DNA from: Octopus sinensis
Taxonomy: Eukaryota
Assembly: GCF_006345805.1 (NCBI RefSeq)
Contig: NC_043000.1
Coordinates: 73,656,001-73,720,000 of the forward strand
Length of the DNA stretch: 64,000 nt
Direction of reading: 5' to 3'
Shown here: positions 51,101-64,000 of the stretch, piece by piece
Layout of the letters: every line of letters begins with the position of its first letter
Position numbering within the stretch: position 1 is the stretch's first letter
The notes under the pieces: model-generated
What the model was told of the DNA's origin: nothing
Databases searched by the model: none
What the model saw: only the letters and a program-made list of their open reading frames with translations
Program-made: the position numbers and the translations under genes

Positions 51101-52160
51101 CCACCTCCAAGGAAATACAAATAAAGAGCGGTGTTCCACAGGGCACTGTACTGGGGCCACTGCTGTTCATAGTGGCCCTTTAAGACATGCCCCCAGTTGC
51201 TAAGATGGCCACCCTTGCTAGCTATACAGATGACACAAAAGTCTCCCACACAATACTAAACCCTGGAAATATTGCTCATCTGCAACAGGAGTTGGATACA
51301 ATATACAGGTGGGCTGAGGACAACATGCAGTTTAATGCAGTTAAGTTCCAGGCCCTGCGCTACCGGCACACAAAGGTAAACGACATGTAGACTGGATACA
51401 CTGGCCCGGGAAGAATTGTAATCCCTGAGTCAAAATCAATGCATGACCTGGGCATTGACATGAGCAATGATGCATCTTTCCAAGTGCATATTACTAATTT
51501 GGTGATAAAATGTAGGCGGCTAGCTGGATGGATTCTCCGAACTTTCAGAACAAGAGAGAAGGAGACACTGATGGTCCTGTGGAAAACTTTCGTCCTCAGC
51601 CACTTGGACTACTGCTCCCAACTATGGTCACCACACAATATAAAGCTAACAGCAGAACTCGAAGCAATTCAAAGAAGCTACACTAAGAAGATCGTCTCAA
51701 TGCAACATATCAGCTACTGGGAAAGACTGAAAGTATTAAAACTCTTCTCCCTAGAGCGAAGGCAGGAGAGACATGCAGTGATATACATCTGGAAAATCCT
51801 GGAGGGTCTTGTCCCAAACTATGGCATTCAAAGTAACCCCAACCGCAGAACGGGGTGCCACTGCATGGTGCCAAAGATTCCAACATCACCATCAAAATAC
51901 AGGACCAGATGCTGCAACAGCTTGGATTTCAGAGGACCACAGCTCTTCAACATCCTCCCTTATTGCCTGAGAGACTTGCATGATGTGGATGTGGGTTTCT
52001 TTAAAACTAAACTGGATCTCTTCTTGTCAGGGGTCCCAGATGAACCTAACTCTCGGCAGAAGACACAGATGCAGGCAGCGGCATTGAACTCCCTTGTTGA
52101 CCAAGTGCCACGTATCAGAGGTGGATTCACATATTAGTGTAGCTCATTCAACGGTGGTGA
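48180..52160 (+). mobile_element. Near full-length decayed CR1-group LINE (ORF1 with CCCH finger; ORF2 APE + RT)
   Basis: CKFYLKGDCWHGDDGANCRFAH; GGVAMY; YRPPD; GDFNFP; DNILDL; SDHN; AAGPDG; DFAKAFD; GVPQGTVLGP; YTDDTK; HLDYCSQLWSP. Confidence 0.92.
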
Positions 52161-52560
52161 ATATATTTATACATATATTTATATATGCCTGTCTGTGTGA
52201 ATCCCTAAAACTTGAGAAATACACAACCAATTTCATTCAAATTTGTATATATACATATTTAACTTCTTGCCTAGGGTGAGCTCACAGCAATATCATATCT
52301 TCTCCACTATTTCAGTATTACGTGTCAAAAGTGAAAGAAATACATCTTTCTATTGTAATGTCAAATACTTTCACTTTGATACTGAAACTATTAATTAAAG
52401 TGAAACTATTATATAGCAGGGATGAACTGTAACTGGACATCCATTCTGCTAGAAGAAGATCCACTATGGTCTTATATGCTACACCACTGGTTTTAAATTC
52501 ATAGTAATCAAATTTATATTCAATTTTTCACCTTTATTATTATAAATTTACATTTACATG

Positions 52561-52597
<37 letters not shown>

Positions 52598-52647
52598 ATA
52601 CAATATGTTACATTACTCGGTAGTCTTGTTATCTTACCGTTTTATCA

Positions 52648-52678
<31 letters not shown>

Positions 52679-52864
52679 ACATGTATACATATAGATGTAT
52701 ATATATATATATATAGATATATATGGATATATATATGTATATATATGGATGTATATATATAGATGTATATGTATACATGTATATGTATAGCTGTATATGT
52801 ATTTATGTATATATATAGATATGTTTCTATAGCTATAGACGTATATGTATACATGTAACTGTAG

Positions 52865-52912
<48 letters not shown>

Positions 52913-53402
52913 ATATATATATAGATGTACATGTAATATGTACACATATATATACACACATATACATGCATACATATATACAACCATACACACATACACA
53001 AAGAAACTAAAAGAAATCAATTGTATATATATGTATGTATATATGTAAGTCTATGTGTGTGTGTGTATACATACATACCTATATATATATATATATATAT
53101 ATGGATTTCGTAGACAGGAACTGAAACAAATCAATTGTATATATATATCTATGTATATATGTAAGTGTATGTGTGTGTCTTTGTCTCTGTGTTTCGCCCT
53201 CATCACTGCTTCACAACTGCTGTTCATTTATTTACATCCCCATAAATTACTTGTTTCACAAGCACAAACTAATTGAATAAGTACCAGGCTTATCAACATA
53301 AAAAAGCACTAGGCTCATATCTTTGTTTGCCCAATGAATTTATCTTTGTATGTGTGTGTGTGTGTATATATCTATATCTCTATCTATCTATCTATCTATC
53401 TA

Positions 53403-53439
<37 letters not shown>

Positions 53440-54559
53440 CACCCTAATGGGAGCCTTAACTCCCAAATTTTAGTCATTTCTTTTATGATCCAAAACTAGG
53501 TCAAAAGTACTGAAATTATGGAAATTGTATTCTATGCATAAGGGCTATAACTCATGACAATTCATATATTTTGCTGTTGAGGAAATTTTAATCTCAAATG
53601 AAGTAATATTTATAGAATTTCATCTTCTTACAAGTTAGAAAGACCAATCCATGGGGACTTAACACCTACAATTTAGTCATTTTATGTAAGCAAAGACGAA
53701 TACAGTTGTACTCTTGGAAGCTGTAAGGTTACCCAAGCATAGAAGATGAGCATTATTTGTAATTCAATGGTACAACAGTGTAACAGTGTGCTTTGACATA
53801 CACTTACATTGTGATTTCTGCAATGTGGTGCATAAATTGTCAAGTAAATGAAAGGCATCTTTGCTTCCACTGATTCAGTTGCAAAGTGTTGAGTAAAGTT
53901 ATTTGATTGCAGACCTCCTTTCAGTCTTTTTATTATCACTGGGTCACACATAGTCCCCAGATGGTAACATTGATTTCAAGGCCTTCCCAGATGAGTGACT
54001 GGTTATTCAAAGACATTTATAGATTGTATATTTATTCTGTCCAGTTACGTATCAGTATAGTGGTCATTTGTAAACTCCAGAGGTGACACTTTAATTTCTC
54101 CTTAGCCCTCACGTCACACAGTTGCTAATGTTGATTTCAGTTGGGTCACGCCCTTCCAATTGCTGTAAATTTGTAATGCATCTTATGGCTGTGCCTGTCA
54201 CCTGGATGGTGAGGAATCCTACATTGGGAGTGGTGACGACAGGGGTAGGGTAACTGACTGCTTATTGTGATCATTCATCTTTTGGTTTCCTGTAGCTTTG
54301 CTCTCTTTTACAAACCCAGTGAACATATATTTCCTATTTCAAAGAAATTCAAACAATAGATATAAGACCCAAGTTAAAAAGATTCTCAACAATTCAAATT
54401 CTGTAGTTGACATTAAGATGCCCACCCCCAACAGGGGCCTTAACTCTCACATTTTAGAGCTCCATGACCTTCATTTTTCAGGAGCAAAATCTTTTTAACA
54501 GGTTCAATAAGACTGGAATTTTGGAATATGCGCATAAAAATCAGTAGTATAGGATACAT

Positions 54560-54726
54560 GTGGCACGATTACAATTTTTTAAGGGTGTGTAAAGAGAGAA
54601 ATAACCGCCATCTGTAATTTTGATGAAATTTGAAACATAGATATTCCAGTTCATTACATAAAATCTAACAGAAAAGTCTAATTCTTCAATTGCATGTAAC
54701 ACGTGCACGCCGGGTATCTCTGCTAG
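54560..54726 (+). mobile_element. Probable non-autonomous Helitron 3' end
   Basis: GC-rich CGTGCACGCCGGG ~10 nt before a terminal CTAG followed by T; hairpin imperfect. Confidence 0.45.
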
Positions 54727-54784
54727 TATATATATATATAAATATACAATTATATATATATATATAAATATATATATAAATATG

Positions 54785-55465
54785 GCACGTAAAAAGCACC
54801 CAATCCACTCACGGAGTGGTTGGCGTTAGGAAGGGCATCCAGCCGTAGAAACTCTGCCAGATTCAGACTGGAGCCTGGAGCGGCCCCTGGCTTCCCAGAC
54901 CCGGTCGAACCGTCCAACCCGTGCTAGCGCGGAAAGCGGACATTAAACGATGATGATGATGATGATGATGATGATATATATATATATATATATATATATG
55001 ATATATATGATATATATATAAATATTGATATATATATGTATATATATTTTATTCTGTTTTTCTTTTTACTTGTTTCCATCATTTGACTGTGGTAATGCTG
55101 GAGCACTGGTTTTATTGTCAAGCAAATCAACCCCAGAGCTTATTCTTTGTAAGGCCAGTGCTTATTCTTTGTAAGGCCAGTGCTTATTCTATAGGTTTCG
55201 TTTGCTGAACTGCTAAGTTATGGTGGCATAAACACACCAGCATCAGTTGTCAAGCAGACACACAAACATTTACACACACACACACAAACATATACATATA
55301 CAACATATGACGGGCTTCTTCCAGTTTCCATGTACCAAATCCACTCACAAGTCTTTGGTCGGCCCGAGGCTATAGTAGAAGACACTTATCCAAGGTGCCA
55401 AGCAGTGGGACTGAATCAGGGACTTGTGGTTGGTAAGCAAGCTACTCACCACACAGCCACTCCTG
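54785..55465. mobile_element. Family B tail repeat (54785-54975, +) and SINE family A (55070-55465, -)
   Basis: Identity to the copies listed above. Confidence 0.75.
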
Positions 55466-55467
55466 TT

Positions 55468-55509
<42 letters not shown>

Positions 55510-55510
<1 letters not shown>

Positions 55511-56200
55511 GGAAGATAGTTTTTGTATGTGGCAGATGCTCAGGAGCAATAAACACTGAAAATACTCTGAGACCAACTTCTGCCACATTCCAGGGAGAAA
55601 AACTAGAAATAGTTGATGGCTTCCGTTACCTAGGTGACCAAGTCAGTAGGGGGGGGGGTACTGAAAGTGTAACTGCTAGAGTAAGAATAGCTTGAGGAAA
55701 GTTCAGAGAGCTCTTACCTCTGCTGGTGACAAAAGGCCTCTCGCTCAGAGTAAAAGGCAGACTGTATGACGCGTGTGTACGAACAGCCATGCTACATGGC
55801 AGTGAAACATGGGCCGTGACTGCTGAGGATATGCGTAAGCTCGCAAGAAATGAAGCCAGTATGCTCCGATGGATGTGTAATGTCAGTGTTCATACTCGAC
55901 AGAGTGTAAGTACCTTGAGAGAAAAGCTGGACCTAAGAAACATCAGTTGTGGTGTGCAAGAGAGACGTTTGCGCTGGTATGGTCATGTGGCGAGAATGGA
56001 TGAAGATAGTTGTGTGAAAAAGTGCCACACCCTAGCAGTTGAGGGAACCTGTGGAAGAGGCAGACCCAGGAAAACCTGGGACGAGGTGGTGAAGCACGAC
56101 CTTCGAACTTTAGGTCTCACCGAGGAAATGACTAGAGACCGAGACCTATGGAAGTATGCTGTGTGTGAGAAGACCCAGCAGGACAAGTGAGACCATAACC
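55510..56200 (+). mobile_element. RTE LINE 3' fragment, same family as 45310-47205
   Basis: FRYLGDQV; LHGSETWA; RRLRWYGHVARM; GRGRPRKTW. Confidence 0.9.
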
Positions 56201-56259
56201 CGTGGCCTCTACATGGAATGTAGCCAGTCCACTTACTCTTCCATGGGTATGAGTAAGTA

Positions 56260-56585
56260 TTTCATTTATTTCTTTTGCCACATGTATCACTGACGAAGGG
56301 AGGGCTGTTATAAGCTAACCCTGAAATCGCTCCGATATGGTAATAATGGAATGTTTTAGAAATTTCTGTCGAGCTTTTTTCGAGTAGCGTGCATATTGTG
56401 AAAAAATTATATGGTTAATGGAGAATATGTCCAATTTTTCGGCATATCTGGCATTAGAAATTTTTGCGTTTGCCCTTAATTATGAATTGTTTATAGATTT
56501 AACCTTTAAAGGTATTTTTTGATATGCTGGCCATTGATAAAATTTTTTTGGAAAAGAATATTTTTTTCGAAAAAATTTTTATCCT
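56260..56585 (+). mobile_element. pLTR-like repeat ending at (TA)n
   Basis: Contains canonical hammerhead; ACCTTTAAAGGTATT..ATGCTGGCCA shared with the spacer at 41320-41355. Confidence 0.65.
56285..56342 (+). ncRNA. Type-I hammerhead ribozyme, canonical core
   Basis: TATCA-CTGACGA-AGGG(agggctgttataagctaa)CCCT-GAA-ATCG(ctc)CGAT-A-TGGTA. Confidence 0.8.
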
Positions 56586-56594
56586 TCATTATAT

Positions 56595-56663
<69 letters not shown>

Positions 56664-56664
<1 letters not shown>

Positions 56665-57060
56665 GGTGCAGGAGTGGCTGTGTGGTAAGTAGCTTGCTGG
56701 TGTGTTTACATTCCCATCACTTAGCGCTTCAGCAAGAGAACCTAATAAAATAAGTACTAGTCTTACAAAGAATAGGTCCTGGGGTCGATTTGCTCGACTA
56801 AAGGCTACTGGTACAAATTGAAAGAGCTTGGATTTCAAGGGCTCACAGCTGTTTAACTGTCTGCCAAAGCATCTGAGGAGCCTCCATGCTGTGAATGTAG
56901 ACGTCTTCACACATGAACTTGACCTCTGGCTCACCAAGATTCCAGATTCAAAAGTAACATTGAGCAGTAACATCGAACTCCATCCTTCACCAAAAGCTGC
57001 TCTGACAAAGGTAGAGTGTGGAAAGATGACCACATTCATTGGACTGAAACATATAAAGGA
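56664..57060 (+). mobile_element. Internally deleted SINE A followed by a CR1 3' fragment
   Basis: DFKGSQLFNCLPKHLR..LDLWLTKIPD parallels DFRGPQLFNILPYCLR..LDLFLSGVPD at ~51930. Confidence 0.7.
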
Positions 57061-57082
57061 ATAAAAGAATAAATATATATAC

Positions 57083-57174
<92 letters not shown>

Positions 57175-57913
57175 CATATAAATATATATATCTATATATT
57201 TTATATGTAGAAAAATACAAACTGGGACAAGAACGTAAAACATTTAGAAGACAATACAAAAAACACGGCCGGGACATTCGAAGCCTTCAATCTTCAGTCA
57301 AGAACCGGATCATCCTAGCAATTTCGGCTGATTAATCTTGAGATCGCTCCGATCCGGCCAGCCCCAAGGAAAAACTAAGCTACGAGTATTAGATTTCTTG
57401 GAAGAAGGATCGAATGTATACGAAACAGGGACAGAAAAACGGACGATGCCACACGAATATAAAATACAAAAAACAATAATGGTAAAAACAGGACAAAAAA
57501 CAGCGGGTGTCTTACGACTAATAAACAGTACAAGTTTAGCTGGCGTATTTGGAGAAAATGCCTTTATCGGCAGACGAAGACAACAGATGTTCTCACGGCA
57601 GTAGTCGGAGGCCAAAAGGCTGATTTTGACCAGCGAAGGGGGAAAAGGAAACAAAGAGAGAGAGAAAGAGGGACGAAGGCAACAAGGGGGGTGGGAGAAA
57701 GAAGGAATTAAAGAGGAGAGAAGAAAGAGTGCGTGCCAAGGAGGGCTAGTGAGTGCAAAGTGAGAAAGACAGAGAATTGTGAGAGAGTGGGGGGGGGGAG
57801 AGTAGACCAAAGAATCCATGGCAAGAAAAGAGAAAAGGAGGAGAAGTAGAGAGAGAGAGAGAGAGAAGGAGACAGATCAAAGTAGAGTGCAAAGTGTGAA
57901 AGGCAGAGAAATG

Positions 57914-57969
<56 letters not shown>

Positions 57970-58074
57970 GGACAGATCAAAGTAGAGTGCAAAGTGTGAA
58001 AGGCAGAGAAATGTAGGAGAGAGAAACGTGTGTAGAGTCGTACCAAATTTACAGGAATATGTACTTACATAAGG

Positions 58075-58138
<64 letters not shown>

Positions 58139-58170
58139 TATATGCATATATACGTGCATAAATGTACATA

Positions 58171-58223
<53 letters not shown>

Positions 58224-58249
58224 CAAATGCATATATGTGTAGAGGACGT

Positions 58250-58780
58250 CAAAAAACGTGAACAACATGAAAAACGAGAACATGAAATACAAAATCATGG
58301 AAAACGAACTATTTTGCAAACGAAAGAAACAAATAGAACAGTGATGAAGGCAACATAAAGAACAATCCCTTCATCAGTTGTCCACTGTTTTATCTACTCC
58401 GCATTTCGAACGTTAAGACAAGATGCGTCTTCGTCAAAACAGTCGTTCCCGCAAAGCAAATTAAATAAAATTTGGGATTTGCGGAGGGTAACAAAAACAG
58501 GACAGTTGGTGAACGCTGGAAAAACATATGACATCAGGACAGTATTCAAGAGCAATACAACACTTCGCAAATATCTCCTTCAAGTAAAACCACCACTAGA
58601 AGAGAATATGACCAAAGACTACATATACTCCATCCCATGCAGCTGTGTTAGGTTATACAAAGGCGAAATATGCCTCAAAATAAGTATAGACGAACATCGC
58701 AAAACTGTGACACGAGGAGATAGTGATAAATCGGGTATAGGAAGAGGGCAACACCTGGCGGGCAGGCGTGACAAAGGCGG
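58250..58780. mobile_element. Penelope-like fragment: pLTR with degenerate hammerhead (minus strand) and GIY-YIG remnant (plus strand)
   Basis: RTVFKSNTTLR..YIYSIPCSC..YKGE..IDEHRK; minus-strand ACTGTT-TTGACGA..GAAAT..AT-A-AAACAGT. Confidence 0.65.
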
Positions 58781-59069
58781 ATAGACTCCGACAGCTCACT
58801 GCAACCAGCCTCATCAAGATTGCACGTCTTAAGCCGCAGTGCGTGCGCATGCCCGTCGCGCAGCCACGATCACCTGAAACAATTTACGCAGCAACTGACT
58901 TCGTCTTTCTACTCTTTGCGTCTCAAAAAAAAAAAGAGAAAAAAGAGAAGTCTAATGCCGACGGTATCCAGGCGCCGGAGGCAGGTTTGGAAAGCTGGAA
59001 GCCTCTAGTCCATGACCACACATTGGCGGCGAATCTCAAATGGTCGCATTCCAATGAATAGCCGTGACA

Positions 59070-62000
59070 TTGAAGTTCAGCAGCTGAACTCGTGACTGGG
59101 TTGGCTTCTTTAGGATTACTGCAGCCCACCACTCAAGGGGAAGCCCCTAGAAAAGATGGGGTAAACATCGGACACGGCAACTCGATCTGGCCAGCATACC
59201 GCGGCTGGCAGACCTTCCACTCAGCGGTCGGAACTCTACTTCTACTCATCCATCATCGACTACTAAATCCTTTGTTTCACAAACTCTCTTTCGGGGCCTG
59301 TAACATCCACACTCTCCGGAACAAGAGTGACATTAATTATTCGGAGCGACGTACAGCCTTCGTTTGCAAGGAATTTGCCTGCTTCAACATCGATGAGGCA
59401 GCCTTGAGCGAGACTGGGCTTCCCGGAGAAGCTGTCTCCAAGTACACCATTTTTTGGAAGGGGAAGAATCCTAACGAACCACGCATCCATAGAGTGGACC
59501 AACGCAAACTCGTCCCACCATATGAAGACGGCGTCATGGTTTCGTTCTACAACCTGCTTGGACCGCACCACCCAGACAATCTCCGTGTATCACAAACACG
59601 TCGTGTTGGGGGGCTTTAACGGGAGAGTCGGCAGTGACCATTGTCTGTGGAACAGTATTCTTGGTCGTCACGGCATTAGGAAATGCAATACCAATGGCCA
59701 GATCTTCCTCGGCCTTTGCACCGAGCACGAACTTGTCATCAACAACTCCTTATTTCATCTCCCTACCCAATAAAAGACGAGTTGGACTTCAGGGAATCCA
59801 TTGACAGACCCGATGGACCTCCAAAGCCGACCTCCATTGAGGACCGCTGACCAGCCTTCGTGAAGCCATGACCGTTGCCGCCTAGGAGACGATCGGCTTT
59901 GCCCCGAAGAACCAAGACTAGTTTGACGAGAATGATGAAACCATCTCCCGTCTTATCGAAGCCAAACTCTGGATGCGCCTCGACCTCAAAAACCATGTAC
60001 TGCAGAAACAAACGAAAACACCAGCAAAGCATCAGCGGAATGCCAGCGAGGAATTCGAGAAGCTCAAAACATTTGGTGTCAGAGAAAGGCAGAGGAGATG
60101 CAAGACTATGGGGACCAACAAGATTTGCATCGCTTTTATGCCACAACCAAGATCTTCGACTTCACAAACTCTTCAGTGGGTGGCCTGAAGAACGCAGCTG
60201 GCTCTACGATAACCGATACCCAGGGAATCAGCGATCGCTGGAAGTCCCATTTCGAGAGCCTACTTAACGACCACACACGCACTCCTGACGATCTCCTTCA
60301 AGACATCCCACAGCTCCCCATCCACCATTGGATTCCCTGCCGTCCTCACCCCATGAGTTCAACAAAGCATTCGAGCGCATGAAACCAAGCAAAGCTCCAG
60401 GACCAGACAACATTCCGTTTGAGTTTTTCACGCACGGAGGTCCTGAGATGAGAAATCATCTGATGCTCCTTATCCTCAATATCTGGGAAAACAAGACCCT
60501 CCCGAACGACTTCCGCGATGCAACTATCACCACCATCTACAAGAAGGGAGACGGAGAGGACTGCAACAACTATCGGAACCTATCACTCCTGAGTATTGCA
60601 AGTAAGATCTTCGCCCGTATCCTATTCAATCACCTCTGCATCCTTGCGGAAGACGTCCTCCCTGAGTCCAAGTATAACTTTAGACCATATCGAGGCACAA
60701 TCGTCATGATCTTTCCGAGCCGGACCGCAGATGGCCTACAAATGACAGCCGATCTTTACAACGCAGCTTATGAACGCTTCGGGATGCAGGTAAACATTAA
60801 AGACCAAGTCCCTGATCCAACCTGCACCAAGCCTGAACAGTACGAACATTAGCGTCAACGTCCACTCCTAGAAGTTGAACACTTTTTATACCTTGGGAGT
60901 ATCCTTTCGAAGACCCCCCCCCACATGTGAAACGGACGTGGAGAACCGGATCAGGGCGGCCCACTCCGCCTTCAGTAGACTCAACCAACGTGTATTCTTC
61001 AATCATACGCTGACCATCCGGACAAAGATCATGGTCTTCTGTGCCATTTTTCTGTCAATTCTTGTCTACGCTTGTGAGACTTGAACGCTATACCGACGTG
61101 ACTTCAGGCGCCTAGAATGCTTCCAGCAATCCAAGCTACGACAGATCCTCAATGTACGATGGGAAGATCACATTACCAAAACCGGGGTTATTCGCCGCGC
61201 CTCACTACCAAGCGACAAAGCCACCATTCTTCCCCATCATTTCTGCTGAGCAGATCACGTCCAGCGTATGGAGCCCTCTCGTCTTCCGAGTATAACGGAG
61301 TGGTGAGTGAAGGAAATATGGAAATAAGATATAACTTGAGATGAAATAAACTAGTAAGCGACGATTTATTCTGTTATAAAATACAATGATTGCCATACAT
61401 GAAATAAAATAACATAACAGGTTATTACAAAGATTTGTGAGAGAACTTCATGGCTAGGCTGGATTGTTGATGTTGTAGACATAGTTGGCGGTGTGTAAAG
61501 GCAGGTGTTTGATCTGGTGGTCGTATGGTTTTCATACAGCAATGATGCAGACAGGCATCTGGTGGAGATGATGAGAGTGGAGACTGGCTGGTGTCAGGAC
61601 ATCGTTGCTGGAGATGTGATGAGATGTGATGTGTGTGGTCAGAACAGTTGAAAAATGCCGTACTTATAGGGAACAGGAGGCTCCCAGAGCTGATGATTAA
61701 ATTCCCGGGTAAGGAAAAATAAACTGTTGCGCCAACGTGATTGGACAGCTGGAAGGTTCGTTTAATCACGAGGTCATGTGACCACTGGAACGAAAAGAGC
61801 CGTTTTACGGGTATTTAAATCCTAGATGAGTCAAAATGAAAACATCTCACATGACAGTGTAAATCACTTCTGCTACACGAGGATCAGGCTCTACGGAGAA
61901 CTTGTAATCGGGACAAGACCTAGAAGAGGTCCGAAATTCCGTTTCAAAGACCAGCTCAAACGGACCCTGGCTCAAACGGACCCTGGCTCAAACTAACATC

Positions 62001-62170
62001 CAGTCATCCTCATGGGAACAGATTGCCATGAATCGCCTGGAGGACTGCTATCCGCAATGGAGCCAGCTCTTTCGAGCAGAACAGACAACAGAATAAGGTC
62101 AGCCGAGGAGGCTGATTAGAAACTGACCAACTCAATGCTCGGATACGAGCTGCAGCCAACGACGATGTAT
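59070..62170 (+). mobile_element. Near full-length decayed RTE LINE (APE + partly deleted RT)
   Basis: FGACNIHTL..ERRTA..AALSET; KAPGPDNIP; NYRNLSLLS; ENRIRAAHSAF; LVYACET; LYGEL..RFKDQLK. Confidence 0.9.
61291..61877 (-). mobile_element. Solo LTR with 4-bp target-site duplication (CGAG)
   Basis: Minus-strand ends TGTAGC...GTTATA (CA mutated to TA); CGAG at 61287-90 and 61878-81; removal restores RLPRIRLYGEL; AATAAA on minus strand. Confidence 0.8.
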
Positions 62171-62171
62171 G

Positions 62172-62216
<45 letters not shown>

Positions 62217-62570
62217 TGTGTGTTGTGTGTGTGTGTGTTTATATATGTACATATACACATACATATATAGAATTTGAAGTGTTTTCAAATGAAATATTAA
62301 AGTTTCAAAACTTATTATTTGCTAAAATGACTAAATACTAAAATAGATAATGGGAATAAGTTTACATTATTACACGTTTTCTTAAGATATATACTTTAAG
62401 ATTATTCAATTATACAATTGAAAATAAGCCATACAGCTGTTGAAATTTCATAGTCAATGTCAATATCGTTAATACACACCTACACGCGCGTGTATGCATA
62501 ATATATAGTCAGTGAATTATAAAAGAGGAGCACGCTCTAAGTTATAGAGCAGTAGAGCAATGAAATAAAG

Positions 62571-62789
62571 ATAGTTATGTCCGGTCTAAGGTGTTACCCT
62601 GGGTTTCACGTCCATAAAGCGCTTAGTTTGACTACGTTTCTCCGGACCCTCGTAGCTACGATGATTTTTCTCCCTCCACTTTAAAGAGTGTATATCGGCC
62701 ACCGGCCTTTAAGGTCTGAAGAAACGCCGTAAGGGTAAGCGTTTTATGGACGTGAAACCCAGGGTACACCATAGACCGGCCATAACTAT
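62571..62789. mobile_element. ~220-bp MITE with ~60-bp terminal inverted repeats
   Basis: ATAGTTATGTCCGGTCTAAGGTGTTACCCTGGGTTTCACGTCCATAAA pairs with TTTATGGACGTGAAACCCAGGGTACACCATAGACCGGCCATAACTAT. Confidence 0.8.
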
Positions 62790-63089
62790 AAAGAGAGACC
62801 TGCCTGATGGAGCGACTATGTGACAATAGATCAACCTCTGATCTCTCATTCCCCAACTTCGATATGCTCCAGAGAAGCTAAACTCTCTCTGCCACTGGTT
62901 CCGAACGGAAATAACACTACCAACCCCACCACTCCTACAACTTTCCCCCCCACCACCACCACAACCACCAGACCTCCATTCTAGTCCTACCTTGGGAACC
63001 AATGCTGTACTCCCTCGATTGAGTTCCAATGCTAGCCCTCTACACCTGACTGTGCTCTCTGTGATTACTCTAGCCGTTACTTAAAGATA

Positions 63090-64000
63090 ATTGTCACCTG
63101 TGCCATCGAAATTACCACTGGAGTCGTGTCTGCATCATCAAGGCTCAAGCCGAAAGTCTTCTATACTGGACCTGCAGTCAGTGCCACTTCAGCTCCAACG
63201 CACTCCGTAGAGACGCCTCACGCTCCGATAACCAGCTCTCAACTGAGGACTTTGCTGCAGTCCTCTAGAGTTTATCTAAATCGAAGCTCGTTAACCGGAT
63301 CCCTAAGGGAGCTCGGAATAGTTTTGCTCGCGCGCTCTCCAGCTTGTTGAAAAACCTATGTTTATCCAACAATGCGTCTGACTGGCAGAAACTGTTTCCA
63401 TTCCTCCGCATCTCTTTCCACGTGCATGATATGAAATAGGGCTCCCTTACATCCTCTCTCAAGCGACAGTTCCAACTACTTGAGTCCTTCCCGACCACTT
63501 CTCGCCTCAATTTGACATCGAGCACAGTGCCTACCGATAGACAACCGATAAACCTTAAACGCGCAGTCAATGCTAAATTCAGCGAATTCGACATAAAGGG
63601 TCTGTCCGTTTCCCCTCTTCTCTATCCTCCCTCGCTCCGTGTAACTAAGTCTCTTAGACCTCTGAAAGAGAAGCACCCATCGGCACCCCCTGATAATCAA
63701 CTAAACTGGTCCGATCCCCCCAGAAAACTTGAGACCGGTCTTCACCTCTGATAACATCAGAAAGGCGATTTCATCCTTCCTTGCTGGTTGAGGTGCGGGA
63801 ATTGATGGCCTTCGCCCTCAACACCTCAAGGATGGTATCTCCTTATCAGCCGGTAACGCCGGACTTGAATTTGACTCAGTTTGTGAACCAGTTCTCTTCA
63901 GGGAAATCCTCCCTTATATCCACCCACTATTCTCCCGTGCAAAATTATTTGGGCTCACCAAACCCAATGGAAACTTGCGCCCCATTGCGGTCGGCTGCAC
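63090..64000 (+). mobile_element. CRE-clade non-LTR retrotransposon, N-terminal/RT start, runs off the window
   Basis: AVNAKFSEFDIKG; LKEKHPSAP; AISSF..GAGIDGLRPQHLKD; KPNGNLRPIAVG. Confidence 0.8.

Noticed and set aside
55820-55855. CTGAGGA..GAAA motif
   Set aside because: Inside RTE coding sequence; stems I and III do not form
57255-57305. Minus-strand CTGAAGA..CTTCGAATGTC hammerhead
   Set aside because: A15.1 missing, 1-nt loop II and no adjacent stem I pairing

Overview
AT-rich eukaryotic genomic DNA dominated by (TA)n microsatellites and decayed transposons. The SINE/LINE repertoire looks like an Octopus (coleoid cephalopod) genome; this is recognition, not proof. One host gene is reconstructable on the minus strand near the left end: a small two-EF-hand protein of about 105 aa with a possible hydrophobic C-terminal tail. 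Its exons are 6077-6272, 1861-1955 and probably 989-1073, and an upstream exon at 9088-9249 may carry a separate small membrane ORF. The rest is nested mobile DNA: R4/Dong, RTE, HERO-like (REL endonuclease), Tx1/L1, CR1 and CRE non-LTR elements, a Helitron, several Penelope-like elements (PLEs), SINEs, MITE/foldbacks, a solo LTR and a 100-N gap. The most notable signal is about ten minimal type-I hammerhead-ribozyme-like motifs in PLE terminal repeats. Two related copies show compensatory non-canonical cores (U3:A8 at 12435-12474 and A3:U8 at 39488-39522). Coordinates of decayed elements are approximate; folds were assigned by eye.
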